Notes: a model not told the origin generated them from the letters alone. Positions 12,280 to 23,748 are shown, counted from the stretch's first letter. The stretch is DNA of 64,000 bases from Octopus bimaculoides (GCF_001194135.2 NC_068983.1:21022099-21086098); one strand, 5' to 3'. Made by a program: numbers and translations.

Positions 12280-12580
12280 ACTCTTTTCCCCGTAGAAATA
12301 AAAAAAACCAGCCATGGGTCAACCTGAAATAGTTAACGCAAGTATGGTACACTTGATCACGCCATACTCGCTCAATATTGACGACTACCAGTACTTTGTT
12401 GTAGAGGAACATTTTGTTTGCAAGAGGCATTTCATACAACAGTTGATTTTGTTCGATATAATTCTTCAGCGGTCGATATTTGAGCGAGTGGTATTTAAGA
12501 AGATTATCTATAATCACCTGTTAATCTGCATGCAGCATTCTTCATTATTTTATCCGCTTCAGCCGTGAAGGCGCGGTTAT
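12280..12580 (-). pseudogene. Possible heavily decayed mariner transposase fragment
   Basis: Weak motifs only (DAPE, CLLQTK, VVNIERVW) with many stops and shifts. Confidence 0.3.
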
Positions 12581-12709
12581 TCTGGAGCATCACATTGAAA
12601 AAAAAAAGAATCTACTGAAAGGAAGTGATTTAGCAGAAATTACGCGAAGTAAAAATTGAACGCGTAAAAATCTCTTTATGAGCAAAATCGTCATACACAC
12701 CGCCATTTC

Positions 12710-12800
<91 letters not shown>

Positions 12801-12836
12801 TATTATTATTATTATTATTTATTATTATTATTATTC
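12710..12836. repeat. (ATT)n microsatellite
   Basis: Direct reading. Confidence 0.97.
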
Positions 12837-12852
12837 AGTAGTCTTATTTTTA

Positions 12853-13233
12853 TCTTGGGTCCCATTTTCTAGAAAGAGTTTTATTTTAATCATTTCACAA
12901 CTGGAGAAGATTGGAAGGACTATTTTCTACAATATGGGTACATATTTATCTGTGTTTATGTTTCCCTCACACTCCATTAGCTCTGATCAACCATTGCTTC
13001 AAATTGCTCCCCCTGACCATTACAGAATGGCTGCCGTATTTCATTGTTAGCTGAAATCTTTTCACATCAAATTCTTGGTCACAGACTCCAGACCTACACT
13101 CGACCACTGTCAGGAAATAGAGCAAATCTGGTCGCATCACAGAATATGACAGTGTCCCAAAATGCAAGTGTTCTCTTCGCCATCTCACTAGCCCAATCTT
13201 TTCTCCGTTTGGTGTTGGCTGGTCGAAGAAATG
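12853..13233 (-). pseudogene. Second, internal-only copy of the Tc1 fragment at 10888-11297
   Basis: Collinear, highly similar sequence in the same orientation. Confidence 0.85.
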
Positions 13234-13714
13234 GGTACATGCTGTGGTTTGTTGTGGTGCTCTTATTTTCACTGTATTGTGTTTTGCGTAGGATGTGTCC
13301 GGTGCCTAGTAGCGCTATTTTCTGTGTGTCATATATACTTGCAGGTCCTAGTGCTTTTTCATGTATTTGTCTGAAATAATATATCGCAAAAGTTATGAGG
13401 AATTGTTGTTGTTTCTTTCGTATGTACTACGAGTATAAATTCACAAGTGTATTTTGATGGAACAAGAATTTCTCAGAGTATTCAGTGTGAAGTGGTCACT
13501 GTTATTACAAAATTAAGACTAGTGAGTGATATGGTAGTGTGAAGTTTATTGTTGATGTTCTCGGAAATGATTACCATTTCAAATGACCTTGAGTAATTAA
13601 AAGCATATTTCTGCCGTTATAAAAAGATATCTCCGGGTCACTGGCAATCCCACATGCATAAATTCAACATGCATTTTGCAACAGCCAACCAAGTTGCTAC
13701 TTCATATTTATTTT

Positions 13715-13834
13715 CGAACCGCTAAGTTTCAAGTATATATACAAACCAAAATCGGTTGTGAAGCGATGATGGTGGGACAAACACAGACACAAAGACACAC
13801 AAACACACACACACACACACACACATACACACAC
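13715..13834 (-). mobile_element. SINE family B 3' half running into (CA)n and an N-gap
   Basis: gaaccgctaag...atcggttgt.aagcgatg...acaaacacagacac. Confidence 0.75.
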
Positions 13835-14881
13835 NNNNNNNNNNNNNNNNNNNNNNNNNNNNNNNNNNNNNNNNNNNNNNNNNNNNNNNNNNNNNNNNNN
13901 NNNNNNNNNNNNNNNNNNNNNNNNNNNNNNNNNNNNNNNNNNNNNNNNNNNNNNNNNNNNNNNNNNNNNNNNNNNNNNNNNNNNNNNNNNNNNNNNNNNN
14001 NNNNNNNNNNNNNNNNNNNNNNNNNNNNNNNNNNNNNNNNNNNNNNNNNNNNNNNNNNNNNNNNNNNNNNNNNNNNNNNNNNNNNNNNNNNNNNNNNNNN
14101 NNNNNNNNNNNNNNNNNNNNNNNNNNNNNNNNNNNNNNNNNNNNNNNNNNNNNNNNNNNNNNNNNNNNNNNNNNNNNNNNNNNNNNNNNNNNNNNNNNNN
14201 NNNNNNNNNNNNNNNNNNNNNNNNNNNNNNNNNNNNNNNNNNNNNNNNNNNNNNNNNNNNNNNNNNNNNATATAGTTTGCGGGGTAGTAGTTAACGTTAC
14301 ACCTAAATCTGGTCTTCTGAAGTGATGACTAAAAGTCACTAGCGGAAGGTATGAAAGAAATTAGAAGTGCTTAGCTTTACTGAAATTTTCAGCATTTGAA
14401 CATTAATGCAGAGAAAGCCGTCGTGGCCTTAAATTTGAATTAACGTCATATACAACTCGTTACATTGAAGTAACATTTCAAACCGAGTAAAAGCGATCAA
14501 TAACTAGCTCACTAAAGTTTACGGTCTCGAAAATGAAATTATCATTAGGGTAGCTAATGAACTTGAAGAGAGACATGACATAAAAGGCTGACATTGGTCT
14601 CCTCTTCTTTCTATCTCCTTTCCTCCTACCTTGTCTCACTCACTCTCTCTCTCTCTCTCTTTCTCTTTCTTTCTCTCCTACGTTCTCTACATAAATCATA
14701 TAAAAAAGTAGATTTCATTGAGAAGGGTTTATGTAGGCCCTTCAATCGGAGAACAGAGATCAAAGAAGACATAAACGCATCACTTGTGTGCTCTATTTCT
14801 TCATGAAATAAGGCATAATGTAATATAAAATATATGCTGTCAAGTTATCATGAAGTACCGCTAAATTTATAGCATCTCACT

Positions 14882-15605
14882 CTAGGTGCAGGCGTAGCTG
14901 TGTGGTAAGAAGATTGCTTCCCAACCACATAGTTTCGCGTTCAGTCCCACTGTGTCTTCCACTATAGCTCCCGGCCGACCAAAGCCTTGTGAGTGGATTT
15001 GGTTGACGGAAATGTATGTATGTTTGTTTGTGTGCGTGCGTGTAGGTGTGTGCATGTGTGTGTGTGTGTGCGTGCATGTCTTTGTGTCTGTGTTTGTACC
15101 CTCACTTCTACTTGACAACCGTTGCTGGTGTGTTTACGTCCCTGTAATTAAGTAGTTCGGGAAAAGGGACCGATAGAATAACTACAAGGCTATAAAACTG
15201 GCCTGGCCAACATGAATTACATTGCGGGCCACTTTAATCACAGAAATTGCTTTGAGGGCCACTTGGGCACTGAGAAAATCGAAAACATTTTGCTTTCTCA
15301 TGCTATTATTACAATAATGAATGAATGTTCGTTGATTCAATATGAAATACTATCGTTGCATAAATAGTACTATCTTTCTTTTTTACTTTTCATTAAAATC
15401 TTTAATTTTTAATAACATTTTTCAAATGTTTGGTTAAATAAGCCCATTTCAAGAAAGTATCGATCGGGCCAACAGGTAAAAGTCTGCGGCCCTCATGCAG
15501 CCCGTGGACCTCAGGTACTAGGATCGATACATTCGATTAAAAATTCGCCCAGGCAGGGCCACAGCATGACTTCAGCCTACTGACTGAAACAAGTAGAAGA
15601 TAAAT
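14882..15605 (+). mobile_element. SINE family B interrupted by a hAT-like insert
   Basis: Head, (TG)n and 3' half run to 15197; homology resumes at ~15513 through gactgaaacaagtagaaga. Confidence 0.8.
15198..15512. mobile_element. hAT-like non-autonomous element with right end lost
   Basis: Left end ctggcctggccaac, repeated gggcca motifs and right subterminal gcggccctcatgcagcccgtggacc. No TSD found. Confidence 0.55.
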
Positions 15606-15840
15606 AGTAATATTTAACCGTAATAGTAAGTTACAGTGTATTTCTCAACAGAGTCTACTACTCTCTAGTTAATTTCAATGCAGACGTACACACCCGTACA
15701 TATATCTATTGGCTTGTAGCAATGTAATACGTAGGTTTAATTGTATTATTATGCACTAAAGCTGTGTGTTATTATAGTGAACCTTGAGATTCTATTTTAT
15801 TAACTATCCTCAGAGATAGTGCTCATCATTAACGATTACG

Positions 15841-15884
<44 letters not shown>

Positions 15885-15900
15885 CGTCTATGTGTACGTG

Positions 15901-15942
<42 letters not shown>

Positions 15943-15943
15943 C

Positions 15944-15980
<37 letters not shown>

Positions 15981-17189
15981 NNNNNNNNNNNNNNNNNNNN
16001 NNNNNNNNNNNNNNNNNNNNNNNNNNNNNNNNNNNNNNNNNNNNNNNNNNNNNNNNNNNNNNNNNNNNNNNNNNNNNNNNNNNNNNNNNNNNNNNNNNNN
16101 NNNNNNNNNNNNNNNNNNNNNNNNNNNNNNNNNNNNNNNNNNNNNNNNNNNNNNNNNNNNNNNNNNNNNNNNNNNNNNNNNNNNNNNNNNNNNNNNNNNN
16201 NNNNNNNNNNNNNNNNNNNNNNNNNNNNNNNNNNNNNNNNNNNNNNNNNNNNNNNNNNNNNNNNNNNNNNNNNNNNNNNNNNNNNNNNNNNNNNNNNNNA
16301 TATATGTATATATGTATGTATATATGCATGTATGTATGTATGTATGTATGTATGAATGTATGTATTACGCATGCATTTATGTATGTATGTATGCACTCGC
16401 GCACACACATATTTAAATTGCGGCTAAAAATTAAACCGTTCCATCCGCACTAATAACATCTCATTCGGGAGATAAAATTGAATTTTCTTCGATCCCACTT
16501 TAACTGAATTACACTCGCTGAGGTTTCTCTTTATCGAAGAAGACATAATGAAAATTGAGGTTTTTCACGATTCAATCATTATTGGAATACCGAACGTATT
16601 GGTTATACTTAACTGCGGAAATCACCCTGAAGGTATTTATTCTCCATTCCTTATAACATTTCTAAGAATATTTTATCATTTTCCTCATGTTAAATGTGTT
16701 CTCTGGATAATAATCCCCATGAATTACATCATAAATACATTCAGTACTGGTTATAATGTCCTCTGGTGAAATTCTTATTAGACTGGACATCATAAAATCT
16801 TAATTACTTTAAGTTGTATTATCTTTAATTCTGCATAGTTCTCAAATGTTTCAAACCCGTTATATTCTGCTAATCATTCAAACTGAGACAGAAAGAGTTC
16901 AAACATCTCTTAACAAAATACCATTTCCCTTATGTTAACAGAAACATTTCATAAGTATTCACTCGACATAATATTAGTAATTTCTTATTAAATTTCCCAA
17001 GAACATTTCAATGAATATTCGGCAAAACGCTGAATGTGACGTACTCAGGGATTTATTTATGTCTCGTACATATTTGAGCTTCGAATACCACCTTCATCTA
17101 CCTGCCTTTTCCTCATTCTTGGCTTTGTGACTCTGCTACGGACCGACCGTATTAAAACACAAAATCCTCGTTGCTGATAAAAGTCTTTA

Positions 17190-17560
17190 ATCTTTTACTT
17201 GTTTCAGTCATTGGACTGTGGCCATGCTTAGGTATCGCTTTGAAGGGTTTAGCCAAACAGATTGACCCCCCCACTAATTATCTTTTTAACTCTGCTGTCA
17301 TTCTTTGTCGCAAAACAGCTAAGTTATGGCGAGGTGAATTGACCAACACAATTTGTCAAGCAGCAGAGGGAACGAACTTACACACACACGCACACATTCA
17401 TACAGAGAGACGCATATATATATATATATATGAGCATATACAAGACAGGATTCCATACAGTATACATCTACCAACCTCACTCTCAAGACATTGGTCGCTC
17501 GAAGACTATAGAAGATACTTCCCCTAACGTGCCGCACAGTACGACAGAACCGGACACCTA
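17190..17560 (-). mobile_element. Diverged near-complete SINE family B
   Basis: 3' half, (CA)n(TA)n and head in the expected order. Confidence 0.75.
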
Positions 17561-17632
17561 GAGTAGAATAGAATATAGTTACTTATTCCATGATATCTCT
17601 AATGTTTTTGCAATGCATTATTGATACAAGTT

Positions 17633-17740
17633 TTAAGGCGGCCAGAATCTTTAGCACGCAAGGCTTAGCGGTATTTCGTCTGTCTTCACGTTCTGAGTTC
17701 AAATTCTGCCAAGGTCGACTTTGCATATCATCCTTTCGGA
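17633..17740 (+). mobile_element. 3'-truncated SINE family A
   Basis: Head, B-box and first part of the core, ending exactly at the palindrome. Confidence 0.8.
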
Positions 17741-17805
17741 TTTGTCGAGTTCAAAATAAAAAGTGATAAAAATTCAAAATCACTTTTTATTTTGAACTCG
17801 ACAAA
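17741..17805. repeat. Perfect inverted repeat, 27-bp arms and 11-nt spacer
   Basis: tttgtcgagttcaaaataaaaagtgat-aaaaattcaaa-atcactttttattttgaactcgacaaa. Confidence 0.97.
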
Positions 17806-17918
17806 GACAGGCTTGCTGCCGAAATATCGTTCAACTAATAGAATATCTATTGCAATCGCATCGCGCTCTTCGTCTTGTCTCTTTACCTTTGTGAAGAGTT
17901 ACGTCAATCCTTTCAGAA

Positions 17919-17919
<1 letters not shown>

Positions 17920-18017
<98 letters not shown>

Positions 18018-18018
18018 T
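17920..18018. repeat. (TTA)n switching to (TAA)n, a self-complementary microsatellite
   Basis: Orientation switch near 17964. Confidence 0.95.
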
Positions 18019-18099
18019 AACTGGGCTCTTGCTGAGCTGAACGATCAGGCAGGACTTTACCCCTTTGGGGGTGGGGAGAATTTGCAATTTAAATTCTGT

Positions 18100-19790
18100 T
18101 TTCATTTTTCCTTTTTCAGTTACACAATTTTCAAAATGTCTTTGGAGAAGAGTGTCAACTCGCTCTTCCTTTCTTTTTGACTTACCGTCTCTGCTGTCGG
18201 AAACCAGCCAAACATGTACAAAAATTAATTGTCTCCGCCCTCTCCCAGCGCCTTAAAAGGCAGAGAGAGGGACGACCAAAATCTTGCTAGCAAGTGCAAC
18301 GCTGAGCAACAGAAGGTAAAAGAATAAAAATGAACGCGAGAAAGAAGAGCAAGGAAATTCAGCTACTGGATGCTGCTAGCGTCGCAACACCTCTGAATAC
18401 AAGCCATACGACTACTACCACTAACACTAACACATTGAACACTCAGCAACAACAATCCGATGCATTAAGCAGCCGAGGTTTTGCTTCAATGACAAAGCCT
18501 AGAAATGAATTCATTAATGTTTCTGTAAAATCTCTCAAAGACTACAGAAACATGTTAAAAAGAAAGATCGAAAGATGTGTTTCGATAAACACACCTCCAG
18601 ATATTATATACAATACAAACAAACGTACCATAGTGTAAAAAAACTATATCTTTAATAAATAGACGTTTAGAAACTGCCACAAAGCATGCAGTTGAAAAAT
18701 GCTTGCACCCCATTTGGAAAGACGTAACATATCTGGCGAGGGGTAAGGAAAATGGCACAATTGAAGTCAGATTTTCTACAGAAGACGTAGCAAAACAACA
18801 CTCAAGAGCCCAGCTGAGACACAGTGAACTTGTCCTACTTGCAACATACCTGGGACGGCGCGTTGCCAAGATAGAAATGCTGGAGTTACCACCAGAAATG
18901 AACGCTTACCACCAGAAATGATCGCAGCCGTCCTCCCCGACTTGGTAGATAAAATCAGGATTATCCAAGTCGAGAAACAAGGAAAAAGCAACTGAAGTCG
19001 TGAGGAATTGCAAATAATGGTCTAAATAAACCAAGACGTTTTGGAACAAATTCCTACCAACTCAGCCTTCCAGATAGCACTATGCTAAACGTTACAGTTG
19101 GGGAGAGAAGAACAAGATGTTATCAATGCGGAAAGAAAAACCACCTGAAAGCCTTCTGCGTATAACTAAAACGGGAGGGTACTACTCCCTTAATACAAGC
19201 AACACCCACACCACAACTGAAGCAACCTCAATTACTAAAGCAACCTCAACAAGAGACGAAACCCAACGAGAAGAAAGAAGAGGGGCTTCTCCACCACCAC
19301 CGCCACGATTACCACCACCAGTTATACGTGAGACAACAACGCCAACAACAACAAAAGCGCTGACCACAAACACCACCACAGCGCCTACAAAAACACTATC
19401 AATGCAGCCCTTGCCAGAGGAATAAAAAAACATCTGCAAATTTCGACCCACTGGAACTAACCCTTCCCGACTCTGGGCACTCAGACATGTTGTGTCGCAC
19501 AACTTGAGCGGAGAGGCCGACAGAACTGAGTGGACAGAAGTCACACGTAAAAGACACAACAGTACACCAACAAATAAACAAGCCCCCTCCCCCAAGCATT
19601 GAAAATCACCCGAAAACAACAACAACAGCACACCAACACCTTCGCGTCCAACACCTTCGCAAACACTACCACTACCAACACCAGAGTACAAAGCACAATA
19701 TGGTCAACAAAAAAGTAAACGAAGATAGAAAAAAAAAACACCACAAGACTCAGTGCCATAAGCATAGACAACACAAACTTAATATACATA
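18100..19790 (+). mobile_element. Non-LTR retrotransposon 5' region with decayed gag-like ORF1 (L1/Tx1-like; clade uncertain)
   Basis: ORF pieces at 18330-18638 and 18703-18921 (RRM-like GTIEVRFSTE...TYLGRR). CCHC knuckle CYQCGKKNHLKAFC at 19118-19159, then a Thr/Pro-rich tail with WTEVTRKR. No ORF2 follows. Confidence 0.7.
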
Positions 19791-19794
19791 AATA

Positions 19795-19935
19795 CGGCAA
19801 GCTGGCAGAAACGTTACCACGCCGGGCGAAATGCTTAGCTGTATTTCGTCTGTCTTTACGTTCTGAGTTCAAATTCCGCCGAGGTCGACTTTGCCCTTCA
19901 TCCTTTCGGGTTCAATAAATTAAGTATCAGTTGCT
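19795..19935 (+). mobile_element. SINE family A, 3'-truncated
   Basis: Head, B-box and core. Confidence 0.88.
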
Positions 19936-20063
19936 AAGTGGACTGGAGCAATGTGAAATGAAATGTTTTGCTCAAGAACATAACGTGCTACCCAGACCAG
20001 GAATCGAAACAACGAACTCACGATCATGGGTCAGCACCTTAACCACTAAGCCATACACCTCCA
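19936..20063 (-). mobile_element. SINE family C 5' part
   Basis: Reverse complement has A-box tggcttagtgg and gttcttgagcaaaacattt. Confidence 0.85.
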
Positions 20064-20262
20064 CAATTCAAAATTCTGGCACAAGGCCAGCAATTTAATG
20101 GAAGGGGTTAAATTGATTACAACGATCCCGGTGCCCGACTGGTACTTATTTTATGGCTCCCGAAAGACAAAGTCGGCCTGGGCGGAATTTGAACTCAGAA
20201 CGTAAAGACGGACGAAATGCCGCCAAACATTTTGCCCCGAGTGCTAACGATTCAACCAGGTC
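20064..20262 (-). mobile_element. SINE family A
   Basis: Reverse complement is a complete head-core-tail copy. Confidence 0.85.
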
Positions 20263-21285
20263 CCTACTTTACAGAGCATTTACTATTGCTATGTTAAGCA
20301 TCAACGAACTCTGGGGACTCTTCAATGTGAGATGAAACTAGATTGTTAGAATTTACTGCAAGCTGCTGACGCCTTAGTGATAATATTCATGGGCGGCGTA
20401 ATTTTCAGCCTATTAGAAAGAACATCATGTCTCCATCAAGCGAAATTTCACCGTTAAGAAAATTCTGAAAATGAACAGACACACTGGGGAATATATTCTT
20501 GAAAAATCTTTGACCATGTGGTCTACACAACAGCAAGTATAAAAACAACATGCAATAGCATTTCCGGCATTTAGTAAGCTTATAAATTTCTACATTTTGT
20601 ATCTAGCGGATCCATTAACTCGCTAAAAGTTTATTGTATGAAACGCAAAAACGAAATAAAGCATCAAAACGATATATGTCAACACAATGTCTCTAAATAT
20701 CGATTACCATAACGAGATACAATGTGGCAATAAACCTTTTATATTATTTTATCACACCCAAAAACAAAAATAATAAAATAATAAATGTCACCATAACCTC
20801 CAAACGCAGTTCACATGTACTTTTATTTTGATAATCATCGAAAGTAAAGCCGACAAAACGAATTCGTTCAATGAACGTAAAATCATAAAAGTAATTAAGT
20901 GTAAATTACACGTTACACTGTTAAGCAGTAGAAAATGATAACTTTCAGAGTATGTGCTGATATGTAATTATTTACATTTACAGACATATGTACTGAGCAT
21001 ACATACACAAAGATACGTATACGTGTATACGCACACGGGCGCGTGCGGAGGCGAAAGCACTTATATAAGTATGTTTATTAATTTGTAATGCTTACTGACA
21101 AAATTTACCTGTCCATTATTCAAACCGGCGTACTGTGAAAGAGAATTGATATAATAATAGCTGGCACTGAATTATATGAAATAATATTAAATGATGACAG
21201 TTTAGACCATTAATAGGGTCAGCTTCATTTCAGAAACATGGTTTCGTATCCCAGCAGTATTTACATTTATAATGATATATTCATG

Positions 21286-21665
21286 TGGAGGCGTAATGGC
21301 CCAGTGGTTAGGGCAGCAGACTCGCAGTCATAGGATCGCGGTTTCGATTCCCAGACCGGGCGTTGGGCGAAAACACCTAAAAGCTCCACGGGGCTCTGGC
21401 AGGGGATGGTGGCGAACCCTGCTGTACTCTTCCACCACAACTTTCTCTCAATCTTACTTCCTGTTTCTGTTGTGCCTGTAATTCAAAAGGGTCAGCCTTG
21501 TCACACTGTGTCACGCTGAATATCCCCGAGAACTACGTTAAGGGTACACGTGTCTGTGGAGTGTTCAGCCACTTGCACGTTAATTTCACGAGCAGGCTGT
21601 TCCGTTGATCGGATCAACTGGAACCCTCATCGTCGTAAGCGACGGAGTGCCAACAACAAGAGAGG
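21286..21665 (+). mobile_element. tRNA-derived SINE family E, full length with 10-bp TSD
   Basis: A-box tggcccagtgg, B-box-like gtttcgattcc and (CAA)n tail. TSD tatattcatg at 21276-21285 and 21666-21675. Confidence 0.88.
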
Positions 21666-22127
21666 TATATTCATGCTTCGAAATATTCTTTTTTTTCTTC
21701 CTTTCCATTTTTTTTTCTTTTTGAGGAAGGAGAATGAAGTTAGACTACCCAGTCATACATAAATACACATGTTAGCAGACATAGATACTAAAACACACAC
21801 ACACACACGCAAAACTGACTCTAAAATATTCATCCTCATGAGACGCATGAAGAGACCAGATCTTTACCTTGTCCAATTAAAAGACGTGTACATGTTTCAT
21901 CGTGATAGTAAAATACATTCGAAGTCCACTTGCTGCAATGAAGTGCACAATCTCTCAGCAAGCAATATATGCGTCGTTCGACTCATGAAGTGTAAGTAAT
22001 TAGATATTCGGACTCAAGTAGGACCTGTAAAACGCATATAATCAGAACAACCTTGAACGACGGACATTCCATTGCAGAAGTTAGGTGCGAAGCGAAGTAG
22101 AAAAATCATTATCATGAGTCAATATAA

Positions 22128-22166
22128 AAAGTCATACCGGTTTCGACATCGCTGTTCACTGACTTT
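22128..22166 (-). ncRNA. Candidate minimal type I hammerhead ribozyme with G3-C8 core
   Basis: Minus strand reads AAAGUCA-GUGAACA-GCGAUGUC-GAAA-CCGG-UA-UGACUUU: 7-bp stem I, 1-bp stem II, palindromic stem III and a GUA cleavage triplet. Confidence 0.6.
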
Positions 22167-22203
22167 GAATCAACACTGATTTCCAAACGGTGCTGGGTTT
22201 AAT

Positions 22204-22296
22204 ACATTTTCTGTGTCATTATGTTTACAAGGGGGGGGAGATGCTTGGGTGGATGTGCTTGTCTCCCCCTTGTAAACATAAGGACACAGAAAATGT
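22204..22296. repeat. Near-perfect foldback (~35-bp arms, 20-nt loop), possible mini-MITE
   Basis: acattttctgtgtcattatgtttacaa(g)8aga versus tct(c)5ttgtaaacataaggacacagaaaatgt. Confidence 0.92.
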
Positions 22297-23514
22297 GTCA
22301 AGGCCGACAAGAAGCGGTGCAGCTTCCCAGGTCCAACCAACAGTAGTATTATTACCTTCAGGGGACTGTCACATTAAGTTGACAGCATACAACTAAAAAA
22401 CGAATAATTTCGAACTAAAGACAGAAATAAAGCATCTGATGATTTTTGTGAACACATTACCAATTTTCCATTTCACGCCCTACAAAAACAACGAATTAAA
22501 TCCAACCTCAACACAAATGAATGGAAAAACTTAATCGAGTTATAAAACAATATAAACCTGACCATTAAAGAAGCCGATAAATGAAATGCGATAGTAGTGA
22601 TGGACACAGAGTGATATAAAAATTTAATACTTTCCATGCTGGAAAACAATACTTACTACGAGAAGATAGAGTACTATAACCCACAGAAAACACTTAAAAA
22701 CTTAGCCTCCTTAATTCAAATACATGGAAAAGGCCCCACTAAAAAAGAAATAGATTGTTTATCGAATTTTAAATACAAACCAAGTCTCTTCTACGGCTTA
22801 CCCAAAATACACAAAAATACACATATTAGTACAGCTTGCAAAGATTCATCAAGCCTATGCCTTAATGTTCCTCCCCCTACTGAGCTCAAACTAAGACCCA
22901 TCATTGCTGGCCCAGGTTGTGAAACTCACCGTTTGAGCAATTTCCTCGATATCTTAATTAAACCATTTTAAAGATATTTTAAAATCTTCACCAGGGATGA
23001 GTTAGACATGCTTTACCACCTCCCGAAAACAATAAATGAAGGAGTAGAGGAGTTGTACACCAATATCCCACCACTATATAGGTTGAACACGAGTGTCCCT
23101 CAGACGAAGAGCAACGCTTCACGAAAAACAAATGTGCTTCACAGAATATAGATAGATACAGGTCGGTGAGCACGTGGATAGATGTGCTAGGAACCTTAAA
23201 CCAAACTTCCTAATTTCCCCTTTTTATCAATGTTCCCAGAACATTTCTGTGCAGCAAAGACTAAATAAAGAGGCAACCTTCATTAATGAATATCAACCAA
23301 AATTTAACATGAACAAAGAACTCAATACGGGGCACTACTAACATTATTAATACCAATACTCCCTCTAATTCTCATGCATCTCATATACTATTCATATTCT
23401 ATTAATCATATTAATCCAATTGCATCACTTTCAGTACTGCATACCACCTTTGCATGCAGTCTTTTAGCTCAGATACTATTAGACTTAACACCGTTTGGAA
23501 ATCGGTGTTGATTC

Positions 23515-23553
23515 AAAGTCAGTGAACATTGCTGACGAAAGCGGTATGACATT
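23515..23553 (+). ncRNA. Second, more degraded copy of the G3-C8 hammerhead candidate
   Basis: AAAGUCA-GUGAACA-UUGCUGAC-GAAA-GCGG-UA-UGACAUU; stems II and III are mispaired. Confidence 0.45.
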
Positions 23554-23748
23554 TTATATATTATGTCCCCGGTCCTCCCAAGAACAGTTTTTGCAGATTG
23601 GAAATCCATTGTGTCAACAAGCGAACTTACATAATTCTAGACTCTAACTTTGTTGTCGTTGACCATTAACGGTATGCCAACACTTGCTGAAGAGGAATGT
23701 GCGCAAAGACATCTGAAATATGGCCGTATTAGCTTACTGCCCAATTGC

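Larger units (their letters stand above)
22122..23559 (+). mobile_element. Penelope-like retroelement relic with inverted 71-bp termini
   Basis: RT motifs IKEADK, FYGLPKIHK, LRPIIA, LSNFLDILIKPF and VEELYTNIP at ~22500-23070. 22122-22192 is the reverse complement of 23489-23559 with 7 mismatches. Confidence 0.88.

Noticed and set aside
17806-17830. ggc-ttgct-gcc-gaaa as a hammerhead half
   Set aside because: The 5' core is absent and no stem III or cleavage triplet can be formed.
23631-23712. 82-nt minus-strand exon with good acceptor and gtaagt donor
   Set aside because: All three frames contain stops; at best a non-coding exon.
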